Assembly: GCA_040954595.2 (NCBI GenBank)
Contig: CM082579.2
Span: forward strand, 15,972,550 to 16,036,549
DNA from: Balanoglossus misakiensis
Lineage: Eukaryota > Animalia > Hemichordata
Direction of reading: 5' to 3'
DNA: 64,000 nucleotides
Positions 26,219 to 38,773 of this stretch are shown here, one piece after another (within the stretch, counting starts at the first letter, position 1; every line of letters starts with the position of its first letter). A program made the position numbers and the translations under genes. The notes under the pieces are model-generated. The model was not told the origin of the DNA, did no database searches, and saw nothing but the letters and a program-made list of their open reading frames with translations.

Positions 26219-27421
26219 CTGGTTAGCAGTTGAAGGACCATACCAAAAGCTGTTGTCAGCAAAAGCATCATCACCATCTGTCCTCAACATGGCTTGAGCA
26301 GTCATTATCACTCCTGTTTCTGTGCCATGATCTGCTCGCAAGATCCTGGGGCAACCTGCAAACAAATTAGGATTGACATTGGCAGCTCTTACAGTTAAAA
26401 TGTTAACCCCCCCCCCAAAAAAAAAAAAAAAAAAAATTGTACACACTAGATTTAATTTTTAAGAAAGATTTTCATTCCAAATGCTTTACTGCCTACACGT
26501 AGTTTCAATGTTTTTCAACACAGCCTGGATATGTGAAGATCATTACAATGTTGCCACAGGAAATATTGGGTACAAGACTAATATGAGCATGCAATGGATA
26601 ATTGTCATTGATTAGTGGTTGGCTAAATTTATCGCCTTTACCCAGTTCAGAAATGTCAATAAAACAAATTTTGTCAAAATGATATGTTTAACAACCTTGA
26701 GTGAATGTGTCTATTACCTTTCAGCTTCTCAACTGTGTCTATGAAATAGGAAGCAACTTTGCTTGGATCATTGTTTGATGCACCAACTTTCAACCACAAC
26801 ACCCTTCGCGAAAATCTATAGAAAACAAAGTTATTATTAATTTTCAAATTAAAAAAGGAATAAGTAAATTTCATTGCATAAACATATTTCCACAGAATTG
26901 TTACTAAATGTGCTTCATTAATCTTAGCTTTCATCAATATTGTGATTCTCAAAAAACCAATGGTGTTACAATGGGTCTCCAGCATTCCTCAGAAAGGTTT
27001 GTATAGATGATAAGTTGATAGCACTTACCCATCGATGCAACCATGAATGGCAAATCCATATGGAGATAGTTTATCATACCCATCTAAAAAAAAAATCAAA
27101 ACACAATGTCATACATGCCTAAATGTAGGGATAAACTGTTAATGCCATCTTGAAAATTTGCAGTGCATTATGGGTCAATTGAGTTCCGGTTGGGGGGAGT
27201 AGCGTCTACAACCTATCCATTTCCAGCGGTTTAGTCAGATTTTCTTCATGTAACTACTACTACTAACGTTACTTGAAGAAAATCTGACAAAACTGCTGGA
27301 AAATTGGATAGGTTGTAGACGCTACTCCCCCCCCCCCCAACTGGGACTCAATTGACCGATAATGCACTGCAAATTTTCAAGATGGCGTTAACACAGTTTA
27401 TCCCTATATTTAGGCATGTAT

Positions 27422-27456
<35 letters not shown>

Positions 27457-29181
27457 CGATTTGGGAGTTCGTTGCAAGTACTGCTGGCAGAGTGCTCGAT
27501 GGTGTAAATCCAGAGCTTGATAGTAGAGTGTGCAAGGGAACTAAGGCTGTTTTGACATAGGCGGTGTATTACTGTTCAGTTTCGTGTAAGCGGGGCCTAC
27601 ACTCGTCAGATACTGATGCCTGAATGATGGTGAAGGGTGTGGACAACAGGGAATTGGGTAGGGTGGATATGCAAATGGGCCTACATTTGAATGGGAGTGT
27701 GTATTGATTGGGGCTGTGTGGAGGGGTGCTGATTGGCCAGATTCTTCAGGAGGAATTTGCTGGAGTGGTGGCATGTGCTGACGAGTTCGTTACGTTTGTT
27801 GAGTGTGGCTAGTTTTGGTTTGCATATGATGAAATATTTTTCCCAAAGACATAGGTTGCATCTGTTGCTGGTGGGGGTATAGGGGCTAGCTTGTTTTATT
27901 GTTTTCCATGTGATTTTGTGTTCTATGTGCTCGTCCTTTAGTTTCCAAGTTCTGTACTGTTCTTTTTGGCGGCGTTCCTGAATGAGTCCTTGTGGTTGTT
28001 GAAGCGGGTCTTGAAGGTGTTGGCAGTTAGTCCGACGTAGGTTTGGTCTGGCTTGCTATCCTGCGTAGTAACGGTGGCTTGGTATACAATTGATTCGGTC
28101 AGGCAGTGTCCTGACATTGGGCAGTTTGCAGGTGACCGGCAGTTGCATTGTTTTTTAGTGCTGTTGTCGTTGTTGCTGGAAAGTACCGATTTGTTGTGAT
28201 TCTGGATGGTTTGTGCTGTGTTGCTCATGGTGCTGTAGCTTATTTTTACTGTGTTCCGGTTGAATATACGCCGCCAACAGAACAACCACAAGCCCACAAG
28301 AGAAACCGCAGCAGGAACATAATATGGTACACCCCACCGTACAGTAAAAACGTCGCCACACATATAGGGAGAGAGTTCCTCAAAATAATTAACGAAGAAT
28401 TCCCACCAAGCCACACCCTCCACAAGATATTCAACCGGAACACAGTAAAAATAAGCTACAGCACCATGAGCAACACAGCACAAACCATCCAGAATCACAA
28501 CAAATCGGTACTTTCCAGCAACAACGACAACAGCACTAAAAAACAATGCAACTGCCGGTCACCTGCAAACTGCCCAATGTCAGGACACTGCCTGACCGAA
28601 TCAATTGTATACCAAGCCACCGTTACTACGCAGGATAGCAAGCCAGACCAAACCTACGTCGGACTAACTGCCAACACCTTCAAGACCCGCTTCAACAACC
28701 ACAAGGACTCATTCAGGAACGCCGCCAAAAAGAACAGTACAGAACTCAGTAAATACATTTGGAAACTAAAGGACGAGCACATAGAACACAAAATCACATG
28801 GAAAACAATAAAACAAGCTAGCCCCTATACCCCCACCAGCAACAGATGCAACCTATGTCTTTGGGAAAAATATTTCATCATATGCAAACCAAAACTAGCC
28901 ACACTCAACAAACGTAACGAACTCGTCAGCACATGCCGCCACTCCAGCAAATTCCTCCTGAAGAATCTGGCCAATCAGCACCCCTCCACACAGCCCCAAT
29001 CAATACACACTCCCATTCAAATGTAGGCCCATTTGCATATCCACCCTACCCAATTCCCTGTTGTCCACACCCTTCACCATCATTCAGGCATCAGTATCTG
29101 ACGAGTGTAGGCCCCGCTTACACGAAACTGAACAGTAATACACCGCCTATGTCAAAACAGCCTTAGTTCCCTTGCACACTC

Positions 29182-29275
<94 letters not shown>

Positions 29276-31427
29276 TAGTGGACAACAAAGGGACCGAAGA
29301 ACTGTTTTGTTTGCAAAGGTAATTAGTTCATAGAGTTTATTTTAACTTGTGGTTCTGTGTCAAAGGGACTGAAAAATTTGTTTGGTAAGGACAGGTGTCC
29401 ATGTTCAGAAGGTCCGGTTTAGACAGGTTCAGACTGTACAATCAGTTAATTTGCTTACCAATGTGCCATACATAATTTGGTCCTTTACATCTGTACTCAC
29501 GCCGTATTAACCGGCGATGCAGGCGTCGTTGAACGTTTATTGGATCCAGGATCCTAAGAAGTTTTCGTACAGTCTCCCTACAAAAAAAGAAATCTATTTA
29601 TTACATATTTTAATAAAATAAGAATAATCTGCAATTTAATTGAAATGAGATTTGTAATAAATCTGGGCCAAAGTTTTTATTCAATGAGTGAAATAGATTT
29701 GACATCTGCACTTCAACTTTAGATTAGCAGGGAGAATTAGGAAACAAGTCCATCACCTGTTATTTTCTTGCCAAGGGAGCTTATTCAAATAGCATTTCCC
29801 TTACATCAATCAGCCATTTCAAATAAAAGACCCTTGTTGATGATATCAATGAACACTTATGTTTGCATTATTGTTTTTATCATTCCAGTATTACAAAAAA
29901 ATTTTTTTTACCTTTTAACCATCAATTGGTGCTTAGTTCTCAGGATAGCTAGCATTTCATTGGCTCCAACAATGCAGCCAGACCCTGTATTCAGTTCTGT
30001 CTGTAAATGAATAAAGGAAAGGATGGTTGGATAGATTGATAGATGTGTGAACAAATGAATGAACACATTCAATATTAGAATAGCTGACATTCACAGTTGA
30101 AAAAATTAGTTAATAAAATGTGACATAAATCGAATACTTTTGAAATTGCTTCTAATCCATGCAAGTGGTAGAACACAAACAACTGACATAAATGAATTAA
30201 TTTCCTAGCAACAATGTCCCTCGCATATCTGCCCAAATGACAAAAGGGTGACCAGGAAAATGGAGTTCTTCTGCAAGATGTTCAGAATTTGATTTTAATT
30301 TGTTATACTGAATGTGGGCAATTAAGTCAGACTTGGGAAGTGGTGTCACTAATTAAATGTAGGTTAGGGTAAAGAGCTTAACATACAAGCACAGCAGAAA
30401 CAATGTCATCAAAAGATGACTGTGCTCTTCTCCCTTTTCGATAGAGTCCAAGGTGATGGAGGAATTTGCGCTTGAAGTATGAAAACCTACAGAGTCAAAA
30501 TAAAGTGAGAGTGAGTTGTACACTAAAGGGATAACATAAAAGGAAGAGACTGGTCATTACACAATTTCCAAGTAACAGATAATAAAATAATGTAAGTTTA
30601 CCACTCAAAAGTAAAGTTATTATGTTTTTAATGCTGTTTACCTCAAACGGAATCCATGTTGTTTTACCATTACATAATAAATTAATTTGTGTGTATAACC
30701 ATACGAGAAATACTTCTTAATGAGTTCCCTTTGCTCTGTAAGAAAATAATATTCACAAGTGACTTGTGTAAAATTGGCAATCTAACATAAAAGGAAATTA
30801 TCTATCTGTTTGCATTAAATGCAGTATTTTGGTTTCAGGTTTTAGGTGTACATGTACCCCTATTCTACAGCTTTGAAGAGCCAACCCCATCAAGGAACCA
30901 TTCTGTTTTTTATCTAAGCATTAAATAGTGGTTTCATATATCCATGTAAATGCTGTTGTTTCATAAGAATTGGCCAGTTATTGTGCTATTTCCCAATTCA
31001 TTCTAATGCTAGTTTGCATAGCTAAGTGCCAGTAAACAGTTAATTTGCCAGACTTCACCAACATAATAATAATTCATTGTAGCAATCTAACACTGAGTGG
31101 GAAATAAATGGGAATTCAATTTCAACAAAATTAATCTGATTATTGCTGAATTTTAAAAGCTGAGAATTTCATCATGTTTAAATGCTGAACAAGAAACTGA
31201 AATAAACTGAGAACATAATAGTTGCTAGCCTGGTCTCCATACCCAGTGTGTTTTATAGATAGACTCGCACACTAGGTATGGATACCAGGCTATAGTTGAA
31301 ATCTTAAGACACAGTAAAGCTTCAAATCTGATCAATGCCTTTCCTTCTTTCAATGTTTAGAAAGAACATGTAAAGTAACGTCATAAAATTCATAATGAAA
31401 CTTACCTAGAGTAGCCATAATTCTCAT
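26219..31427 (-). CDS. Spliced IS3EU-type DDE transposase, 8 exons, 238 aa recovered, C-terminus (third catalytic residue) missing
   Basis: GT-AG exons in consistent phase: 31427-31406, 30735-30642, 30486-30387, 30000-29912, 29577-29459, 27083-27029, 26815-26718 and 26355-26219. They give ...[10 protein letters not shown]...[57 protein letters not shown]...NNDP...[13 protein letters not shown]...GPSTANQ (integrase core D...D). Confidence 0.92.
27106..27426. repeat. ~320-bp foldback element (near-complete palindrome), intronic
   Basis: ATGTCATACATGCCTAAAT..GGGATAAACTG pairs with CAGTTTATCCCTATATTTAGGCATGTATGACAT. Arms are ~150 bp around a short TACTAC loop at ~27256-27267. Confidence 0.9.
27566..27613 (-). 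ncRNA. Type I hammerhead ribozyme (inverted copy)
   Basis: Exact reverse complement of 29094-29141. Confidence 0.85.
28268..29026 (+). CDS. Penelope ORF C-terminal part: RT thumb/linker plus GIY-YIG endonuclease
   Basis: [30 protein letters not shown]...[21 protein letters not shown]. The first 40 aa of the track ORF (from 28148) are antisense read-through of the inverted arm. Confidence 0.9.
   Translation, partial: TPPTEQPQAHKRNRSRNIIWYTPPYSKNVATHIGREFLKIINEEFPPSHTLHKIFNRNTVKISYSTMSNTAQTIQNHNKSVLSSNNDNSTKKQCNCRSPANCPMSGHCLTESIVYQATVTTQDSKPDQTYVGLTANTFKTRFNNHKDSFRNAAKKNSTELSKYIWKLKDEHIEHKITWKTIKQASPYTPTSNRCNLCLWEKYFIICKPKLATLNKRNELVSTCRHSSKFLLKNLANQHPSTQPQSIHTPIQM
29094..29141 (+). ncRNA. 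Type I hammerhead ribozyme in the Penelope 3' repeat
   Basis: GTAT-CTGACGA-GTGTAGG(CCCCG)CTTACAC-GAAA-CTG(AA)CAG-TA-ATAC. It has an intact CUGANGA/GAAA core, stems I-III and a GUA cleavage triplet ending at 29137. Confidence 0.88.
29186..29273. repeat. (TA)n microsatellite; its other part lies at 27425-27452
   Basis: Pure TA run of ~88 bp. Confidence 0.97.
31226..31292. repeat. 67-bp foldback mini-element in transposase intron 1
   Basis: TAGCCTGGTCTCCATACCCAGTGTG ... CACACTAGGTATGGATACCAGGCTA, flanked by TAGTTGC and TAGTTGA (possible TSD). Confidence 0.65.
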
Positions 31428-31911
31428 CAGCAACAGTTGCCTTGGAGTAGCATGTTGATCTTATGCGCATGCTCTGTACGAACATCGGTTGACCACATGA
31501 TAACAAACGTAAAAATTATAATTTGCTAATAACAATAATTTATTTAAAATATCTAAGCCTATAACGTTGAAAGACTTTTAGCTCAGTGTTCTAACAAATG
31601 CATGGGAGACCTAGCAGCAGTTCAGCATCTCGAGATTTTGCCTTGTGATTTACTCTTTGACTACAAAACCTTAACTAAAGAGGAGACCGAGAAGAAAAGG
31701 CCGCTGTCCAAAATCGCCGACAACTCTTTAGCTGAAACGCCAATGCGCATGTGTAGAATGCCGGTGCGACAAAACTCTCCAGAAACGCCGATGCGAGAAA
31801 ACTCTAGCTGAAACGCCGATGCGCATGTGTAGAAATGCCGGTGCGACAAAACTCTCCAGAAACGCGGATGCGACAAAACTCTCCAGAAACGCCGATGCGA
31901 CAACTCTCTAG

Positions 31912-32161
31912 CTGAAACGCCGATGCGACAACTCTCCAGAAACGCCGATGCGAGAACTCATCAAATCACCGGTTGTGATTTTGTCGGCGCCGGTAGATTG
32001 AGTAAAGGTGTCGGCAAAAATTTGGTTGTTACCGGCATTTTAGATTACGGCGTCGGCACCCAATGTGCGTCATATTTTCAGCATATGCGTTCCTATCATT
32101 TGTCTATGGACTTTACCCATGTATTGAGAGAGGTTGTCGGGGGACCCAACGGCTTTCCATA
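31912..32161 (-). repeat. Right terminal inverted repeat
   Basis: Reverse complement of 13448-13700, preceded by inverted subterminal motif repeats from ~31720. Confidence 0.95.
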
Positions 32162-35100
32162 ACAGACACTAGCGTTCGTTAGCAACGGTAATCAAGTCGG
32201 ATTTCCTTCGGCCTGGCTCTGCAAAAGACCCGACACTCTAGTACAAAGACGTTGGCTAAGTCGGGCAAACCGAACAGGGAAAGTCACAGCGGGTCAACAC
32301 TCGACATTTGTTCCGGTAGGACTGCATTATTGCCTGTCAATTTATAGAGAAAGCCCGAATTTAACCAGGGCGTTTCAAACACCGACGTTAGTTGGGGCAC
32401 GGCCTGCAGTACTGCCGGGTAAGCTGACATCAGCGTACCGCATATAATGTAGGGGGGGGGGGAACAGAACGGTTAAATACTACATTTATCAGATATCAGC
32501 TAATTTTGGACAATCATCTAAAATGTAAATCATCTTTTCATATTTGGATATCTGATGATGTATGACATTTCCATTATATGTAAAAATGGTGCTGATTATA
32601 AAAATGCACTCTGAATGAGCTGATTTAACGCAAAATTGCGTTTTATTCGTTTTTGCACCAAAAAGGTCATTTTTAGGCAAAACATTCTTTATTTTTTTAA
32701 TTCGGTGACCTGATCATATATAAACAATTGCTTGTATGTTAAAAGTTTTTATGACTTTTAAAAGCAGTGACACTGGTGGCATTCAACACGAAAATAACAA
32801 TTTTAGCCACAATTTGGTCAAAATGGTAAATTTTTGAAAATTACAAAAAATACCTGTTTTCTACATTTTCGGAAATCTGATGGAGTATAGAATGCTCTTC
32901 GTATGTATATATCGATACAAATTCCACAAAAGACCGTCTAATTTGGCTCACTGCAGACAAAATTGCGTTTTACAAAATTTTCCTTGAAAATGTCATTTTT
33001 AGAAAAAAAAAATAAAAAAAACTTTTATCTTCGAATTTGGTGCCCTGATCATATATGACATGTTGATTGTATGTTAAAACTTTCGACCACTCCAAAAATG
33101 CAGAGATATTAACGGAATTCAAGAAAAAATAGCCATTTTGGCCATATTTTGACAAAAATGGTAAATTTTTAAAAAATCATAAAAAATTAACTCTTTTCTT
33201 CATTTTCGGAAATATTATGGAGCATGAAGTGTCGTTCTCTTGTAAAAAGTGCTGCAAATTCCAGAAAAGGCGGTATAATTTGAATCACCCAAGACAAAAT
33301 TACCATTTTCGACTTTTTTTCGAAAAATTGTCTTTTTTACAAAATAAATAAGAATAAATTCTTTTCTTAGTTTCAAACGGGTAGAGATACTTTCCACACG
33401 GGTTTTCTAACATTGAATTCCCGTTCATCAACTCAGATTTCCTACAGCATAAGTCGGCTAAAACCCTAAGACTTTAGAGCAGAAACAGTTGCACACTGGT
33501 AACGTTGAACAAGTCGATTTTTCTACGGCCTGGCTCGGCTAAATCTCCGTCACAATATGACAGACACTAGCGTACGTTAGCAACGGTGATCAAGTCAGAT
33601 TTTCTACGGCATGGCTTGGATAAAGCCCCGGCACTCTAGAGCAGAAACACGCGTACAGAGACCACGTTGATCTACTCACATTTCCTTCGGCCTGGCATGG
33701 CTGATGCCCCGGCACTATATATAGGACACAGACTGGCGTAAGTTAACAACGGTAATCACGTCGGGTTTCCTACGGCCTGGCTCAGCTGAAGCCCCGGCAC
33801 TCTAGAGCAGAAACAGGCGTACATTGACCACGTTGATCAAGTCAGATTTCCTACGGCGTGACTCGGCTGGTGCACCGGCTCTATATGACACAGACTGGCG
33901 TGAGTTATCAACGGTGATTACGCCGGATTTCCTACGGCATGGTTTACCTGAAGCCCCGGCACTTTAGAGCGGAAACACGCGTACATTGACCACGATGATC
34001 AAGTCAGATCTCCTACGGCCTGGCTCGACTAAAACCCCGGCACACCATGACAGACACTAGCGTTCGTTAGCAACGGTGATCAAGTCGGATTTCCTTCGGC
34101 CTGGCTCTGCAAAAGACCCGACACATTAGTACAAAGACGTTGGCTAAGTCGGGCAAACCGAAGAGGGAAAGTCACAGCGGGTCAACACTCGACATTTGTT
34201 CGGGTAGGACTGCATTATTGCCTGTCAATTTATAGAGAAAGCCCGAATTTAACCAGGGCGTTTCAAACACCGACGTTATTTGGGGGCACGGCCTGCAGTA
34301 CTGCCGGGTAAGCTGACATCGGCGTACCGCATATAATGTAGGGGGGGGGGGGGACAGAACGGTTCAATACTACATTTATTAGATATCAGCTAATTTTGGA
34401 CAATCATCTAAAATCTAAATCATTTTTTTCATATTTGGATATCTGATGATGTATGAAATTTCCATTATATGTAAAAATGGTGCTGATTATAAAAAATGCA
34501 CTCTGAATGAGCTGATTTAATACAAAATTGCGTTTTATTCGTTTTTGCACCAAAAAGGTCATTTTTAGGCAAAACATTCTTTATTTTTTTAATTCGGTGA
34601 CCTGATCATATATAAGCAATTGCTTGCATGTTAAAAGTTTTTATGACTTTTAAAAGCAGTGACACTGGCGGCATTCAACACGAAAATAACAATTTTAACC
34701 ACAATTTGGTCAAAATGGTAAATTTTTGAAAATTACAAAAAATACCTGTTTTCTACATTTTCGGAAATCTGATGGAGTATAGAATGCTCTTCGTATATAT
34801 ATATCGATACAAATTCCACAAAAGACCGTCTAATTTGGCTCACTGCAGACAAAATTGCGTTTTACCAAATTTTCCTTGAAAATGTCATTTTTAGAAAAAT
34901 AAAATAAAAAAACCTTCGTTCTTCGAATTTGGTGCCCTGATCATATATGACATGTTGATTGTATGTTAAAACTTTCGACCACTCCAAAAATGCAGAGATA
35001 TTGACGGAATTCAAGAAAATATAGCCATTTTGGCCATATTTTGACAAAATGGTACATTTTTAAAAAATCATAAAAAATAAAACTCTTTTCTTCATTTTCG

Positions 35101-37678
35101 GAAATATTATGGAGCATGAAGTGTCGTTCTCTTGTAAAAAGTGCTGCAAATTCCAGAAAATGTGGTATAATTTGAATCACCCAAGACAAAATTACCATTT
35201 TCGACTTGTTTTCGAAAAATTGTCTTTTTTACAAAATAAATAAGAATAAATTCTTTTCTTAGTTTCAAACGGGTAGAGATACTTTCCACACGGGTTTTCT
35301 AACATTGAATTCCTGTTCATCAACTCAGATTTCCTACAGCATAAGTCGGCTAAAACCCTGACACTCTAGAGCAGAAACAGTTGCACACTGATAACGTTGA
35401 ACAAGTCGATTTTTCTACGGCCTGGCTCGGCTAAATCTCGTCACAATATGACAGACACTAGCGTACGTTAGCAACGGTGATCAAGTCAGATTTTCAACGG
35501 CATGGGTTGGATAAAGCCCCGGCACTCTAGAGCAGAAACACGCGTACAGAGACCACGTTGATCAAGTCTGATCTCCTACGGCTTGGCTCGACTAAAACCC
35601 CGGCACACTATGACAGACATTAGCGTTCGTTAGCAACGTTGATCAAGTCAGATTTCCTACGGCATGGCTTGGCTAAAGCCCTGGCACTCTAGAGCAGAAA
35701 CACGCGTACAGAGACCACGTTGATCTACTCACATTTCCTTCGGCCTGGCACGGCTGATGCCCCGGCACTATATATAGGACACAAACTGGCGTAAGTTAAC
35801 AACGGTAATCACGTCGGGTTTCCCACGGCCTGGCTCAGCTGAAGCCCCGGCACTCTAGAGCAGAAACAGGCGTACATTGACCACGTTGATCAAGTAAGAT
35901 TTCCTACGGCGTGACTCGGCTGGTGCACCGGCTCTATATGACACAGACTGGCGTAAGTTATCAACGGTAATCACGTCGGGTTTCCTACGGCCTGGATCAG
36001 CTGAAGCCCCGGCACTCTAGAGCAGAAACAGGCGTACATTGACCACGTTGATCAAGTCAGATTTCCTACGGCCTGGTTCGACTAAAACCCCGGCACACCA
36101 TGACAGACACTAGCGTTCGTTAGCAACGGTGATCAAGTCGGATTTCCTTCGGCCTGGCTCGGCAAAAGACCCGACCCTCTAGTACAAAGACGTTGGCTAA
36201 GTCGGGCAAACCGAAGAGGGAAAGTCACAGCGGGTCAACACTCGACATTTGTTCGGGTTGGACTGCATTATTGCCTGTTAATTTATAGAGAAAGCCCGAA
36301 TTTAACCAGGGCGCTTCAAACACCGACGTTAGTTGGGGGCACGGCCTGCAGTCCTGCCGGGTAAGGTGACATCGGCGTACCGCATATAATGTAGGGGGGG
36401 GGGGGAGAAACAGAACGGTTCAATACTACATTTATCAGATATCAGCTAATTTTGGACAATCATCTAAAATCTAAATCATCTTTTCATATTTGGATATCTG
36501 ATGATGTATGAAATTTCCATTATATGTAAAAATGGTGCTGATTATAAAAATGCACTCTGAATGAGCTGATTTAATACAAAATTGCGTTTTATTCGTTTTT
36601 GCACCAAAAAGGTCATTTTTAGGCAAAACATTCTTTATTTTTTTAATTCGGTGACCTGATCATATATAAACAATTGCTTGTATGTTAAAAGTTTTTATGA
36701 CTTTTAAAAGCAGTGACACTGGCGGCATTCAACACGAAAATAACAATTTTAGCCACAATTTGGTCAAAATGGTAAATTTTTGAAAATTACAAAAAATACC
36801 TGTTTTCTACATTTTTGGAAATCTGATGGAGTATAGAATGCTCTTCGTATGTATATATCGATACAAATTCCACAAAAGACCGTCTAATTTGGCTCACTGC
36901 AGACAAAATTGCGTTTTACCAAATTTTCCTTGAAAATGTCATTTTTAGAAAAATAAAATAAAAAAACCTTTGTTCTTCAAATGTGGTGCCCTGATCATAT
37001 ATGACATGTTGATTGTATGTTAAAATTTTCGACCACTCCAAAAATGCAGAGATATTGACGGAATTCAAGCAAAAATAGCCATTTTGGCCATATTTTGACA
37101 AAAATGGTAAATTTTTAAAAAATCATAAAACATTAACTATTTTCTTCATTTTCGGAAATATTATGGAGCATGAAGTGTCGTTCTCTTGTAAAAAGTGCTG
37201 CAAATTCCAGAAAAGGTGGTATAATTTGAATCACCCAAGACAAAATTACCATTTTCGACTTTTTTTCGAAAAATTGTCTTTTTAACAAAATAAATAAGAA
37301 TAAATTCTTTTCTTAGTTTCAAACGGGAAGAGATACTTTCCACACGGGTTTTCTAACATTGAATTCCCGTTCATCAACTCAGATTTCCTACAGCATAAGT
37401 CAGCTAAAACCCTGACACTCTAGAGCAGAAACAGTTGCTGGTAACGTTGAACAAGTCGATTTTTCTACGGCCTGGCTCGGCTAAATCTCCGTCACAATAT
37501 GACAGACACTAGCGTACGTTAGCAACGGTGATCAAGTCAGATTTTCTACGGCATGGCTTGGATAAAGCCCCGGCACTCTAGAGCAGAAACACGCGTACAG
37601 AGACCACGTTGATGAAGTCTGATCTCCTACGGCTTGGCTCGACTAAAACCCCGGCACACTATGACAGACACTAGCGTT
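32162..37678. repeat. Composite ~2-kb tandem repeat, ~2.8 monomers
   Basis: Same monomer as 1-13447, resuming exactly after the ACAGAC duplication. Confidence 0.97.
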
Positions 37679-38773
37679 ATTATTAGGGGCACAAGCCTAT
37701 CGGGCTTGTGCCCCTATTGGTATTGTTGGAATTTTTCTTATTATTATTCTTCTTCTTCCGAGAAATATGTCATTGTAGATCTGGAAAACCGCAGCACCTA
37801 GGGGGCCGAAACTTGGTAGGGTGGTAGGGACCAATGAGTAGATGTGCAGTGGCTCGTGAATATTTAATTAGTCACGTGACCTGGCGGCCATATTGGATTT
37901 CCTGAAAATCGTTAAACGAGTCCTTCTCAAAAACCACTGGGCTGATCGAGTTCAAATTTGGTGTGCAGGTAGCCTACCTTATGTCCATCATTTTACCCTA
38001 TTAAAATCATGACGTCATACATAAAGTTTTTTTGCTACAATTGTTTTTCTGAAAAACCGCTTAAAACTTTAAAAATCTTCTTCTCCAGAACCAGTGATTG
38101 CCGAGTCACGGGATTCGGGGTATGTGGTCACCTAACCTATGCCTATCAAGTTTGCGAAGCGCATTGTGATTGGTCGATCATTATGGCGGCCATGTTGGAT
38201 TTTCGAAAAACCATTGAAAAATGAAAATTCCGTTTTGTAGCCAAAATGTTGACAGCACGGAAATTCTTTTTTTCGATATGAGTCATTATATGACCGGAAG
38301 TTGTCACAATTTTCTGGGCAATTTTCACATGACCTTTGACCCAGTTTTAAAACAACTAATTATATATGCATATACCTCCTCTTGTCAAAGCACCGCAGTC
38401 ATGAATTTTGTGGACATGGGTACCAATGCTGCCAGGACATGACACAAATATTTTGGTAATTTTGGCAATGACCCTTGACCTATTTCTTAAACATCATTTT
38501 TCTGCATATCTAATTCCAGGTTAACCAATAGGGCTAGACGTCTGGTTTTAGTTGGACATGGCCCACTCTGGGTAAAAATTTTATGCCCAAATTTTGGGTG
38601 ACCTTGGATGACCTTTGATCTACTTTCCCATATCTCAGCATCCACGGCAGTTAGAGTCCTGGCTTTTGGGGGCCGATGGAGCACATATGGAGTCTTACAC
38701 AAGACATCATTAATTATGCACATACCTAATTCTAGGCGAACCAATAGAGCTAGGGGTCTGGTTTTTGTTGGAC

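Larger units (their letters stand above)
27453..29187. mobile_element. Penelope-like retroelement fragment: two head-to-head inverted 3' portions inserted in a (TA)n tract
   Basis: 27520-28267 is the reverse complement of 28428-29187, apart from a 13-nt deletion and rare substitutions. (TA)n lies on both sides, and there is a GIY-YIG ORF. Confidence 0.92.
13448..32161 (-). mobile_element. 18.7-kb TIR DNA transposon, IS3EU-type, with cargo genes and nested elements
   Basis: Ends are TATGGAAAGCCGTTGGG...CCCAACGGCTTTCCATA. ACAGAC is duplicated at 13442-13447 and 32162-32167, and the satellite resumes in register. It encodes a spliced IS3/IS481-like integrase. TAY..RTA ends with a 6-bp TSD are the described IS3EU hallmarks (recalled, not searched). 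Confidence 0.9.

Noticed and set aside
27938-28546. 202-aa minus-strand ORF as a separate gene
   Set aside because: It is a chimera of antisense Penelope sequence and the inverted duplicate arm.
13448-32161. Polinton/Maverick identity (size, long TIRs, 6-bp TSD)
   Set aside because: Ends are TAT..ATA rather than AG..CT; there is no pPolB, ATPase, protease or capsid gene; the integrase is intron-rich and IS3-like.
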